This document shows positions 63,151 through 64,000 of a stretch of 64,000 bases of DNA, in pieces. Location: assembly GCA_963784735.1 (NCBI GenBank), contig CAWASK010000001.1:426020-490019 (forward strand), given 5' to 3'. The notes under the pieces were generated by a model. That model saw nothing but the letters and a program-made list of their open reading frames with translations, was not told the DNA's origin and did not search any database. Positions within the stretch are counted from its first letter, which is position 1. Each line of letters opens with the position of its first letter. Made by a program: the position numbers and the translations under genes. This DNA comes from an uncultured delta proteobacterium. Its GTDB lineage: Bacteria; Desulfobacterota; Syntrophia; Syntrophales; UBA4778.

Positions 63151-63398
63151 TCGGGCTAACTGGCCTCAATCCGGTTGTCGTCAAGTTATCCTGCGCTATT
63201 ATGGATCAAAGGGCCCGCGAGCCCTTCCACCTGGCTGCCGCTCGAGTTGCGAGCGAATCATAGGTAATCAGGCGACCTGCTGTCAAGGATAAACCACTCG
63301 AAAAATGCCCGGTACCAAAGGAGAAAGGGAGACTGCACAGGCGGCCATTCGAGACCGTCCCCGGACCCCGTGCCCGCGGTCTTGATTTCCGGGGTTGA

Positions 63399-64000
63399 TC
63401 ATTTCCCGTCATTTTCTTTCACGTTGCCCACGATAACGAGGACGTAATCCTTCGGGTCCAGGTACTTGCGGGCGACCCTCTGGACATCATCCTTCGTTAT
63501 TGCGTTTATTATGGCAGGGTACCTGTCCGGGTAATCGAGGCCGAGACGGTAATATTCGACCTGGGTCAGGAAGCGCGCGAGCTTGGACTGCGTGTCGAGC
63601 CTCATCGGGAAGCTGCCCACCAGGTACGATTTGGCCTTCTGCAGCTCGGCATCGCTCACGGGGGCCTCCCTGATCCTTTCTATCTCCTTCAACGTGAGGC
63701 CGACGGATTCCATGGCCGTGGAATTCTTGGTCTGCAGGAACACCTGGAATGAGCCCTCCTTCTTGGCGGGGATGAAGGCACTGTCCACGGAATAGGCGTA
63801 GCCCCGCTTGACCCTGATCTCGTCGAAGAGCCTCGAACCGAAGCCGCTGCCCCCCAGGATGTAATTCATCACGACCAGGGCGTAGTAGTCCGGGTTCTCG
63901 CGGCTCACGCCGCCGTTGCCCATGACGATGCTTGCCTGCGCGGTGTTCCTTGCAATGATCACATTTTTCTTCCCGGAAAAACCGCCGAGGAACTTTTCGT
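63399..64000 (-). CDS. M16 (pitrilysin/insulinase) family peptidase, C-terminal part; the gene continues beyond the window edge
   Basis: Inactive-domain blocks ...YYALVVMNYILGGSGFGSRLFDEIRVKRGYAYSV.... The reading frame is open to position 64000. Confidence 0.8.
   Translation of the reverse strand, partial: EKFLGGFSGKKNVIIARNTAQASIVMGNGGVSRENPDYYALVVMNYILGGSGFGSRLFDEIRVKRGYAYSVDSAFIPAKKEGSFQVFLQTKNSTAMESVGLTLKEIERIREAPVSDAELQKAKSYLVGSFPMRLDTQSKLARFLTQVEYYRLGLDYPDRYPAIINAITKDDVQRVARKYLDPKDYVLVIVGNVKENDGK

Overview
GC-rich (about 55-60% by eye) chromosomal segment whose gene content suggests an anaerobic Desulfobacterota ('deltaproteobacterial', syntroph-like) genome. That assignment is inferred from gene content only: class III ribonucleotide reductase, 2-oxoacid:ferredoxin oxidoreductase, minimal SufBC, FeoAB, a rubrerythrin-like protein, a beta-oxidation operon and a selenoprotein candidate. 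I can support about 55 protein-coding genes, almost all housekeeping or metabolic. They include gap, a fused double uvrA, dnaK-grpE, surE, nrdD, pncA/pncB, sufBC, feoAB, fatty-acid oxidation genes, a CHASE2/HD-GYP signalling module and a PTPS-glycosyltransferase cluster. I recognised no rRNA, tRNA, CRISPR array, transposase, integrase or phage genes.

Two points govern interpretation.
1. Dozens of conserved genes, including dnaK, grpE and uvrA, are broken by single-base frame changes, mostly at short homopolymers. I read these as consensus indel errors in the assembly, not as pseudogenes, so gene models below are given as frame-corrected spans.
2. The most unusual signal is non-coding. A family of two distinct rod-like hairpin modules (M1 about 96 nt, M2 about 122 nt) occurs in fixed order and orientation. 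The modules form tandem units of about 310 bp at four intergenic loci, with 6 copies of each module in 64 kb. There are compensatory stem changes and one precisely M2-less junction. I could not match the family from memory to any known RNA or mobile-element family.

Other items worth a second look: an OsmC-like gene with an in-frame UGA at the conserved Cys plus a SECIS-like hairpin; a roughly 1875-codon tandem UvrA-UvrA fusion; a GT4/PTPS/dehydrogenase/RibD-like operon; a YtpB-like terpene synthase next to a DUF62 SAM hydrolase; GTAG-headed REP-like hairpins; and inverted heptamer arrays inside the beta-oxidation operon. I did not find a convincing novel protein-based system such as a defence island.
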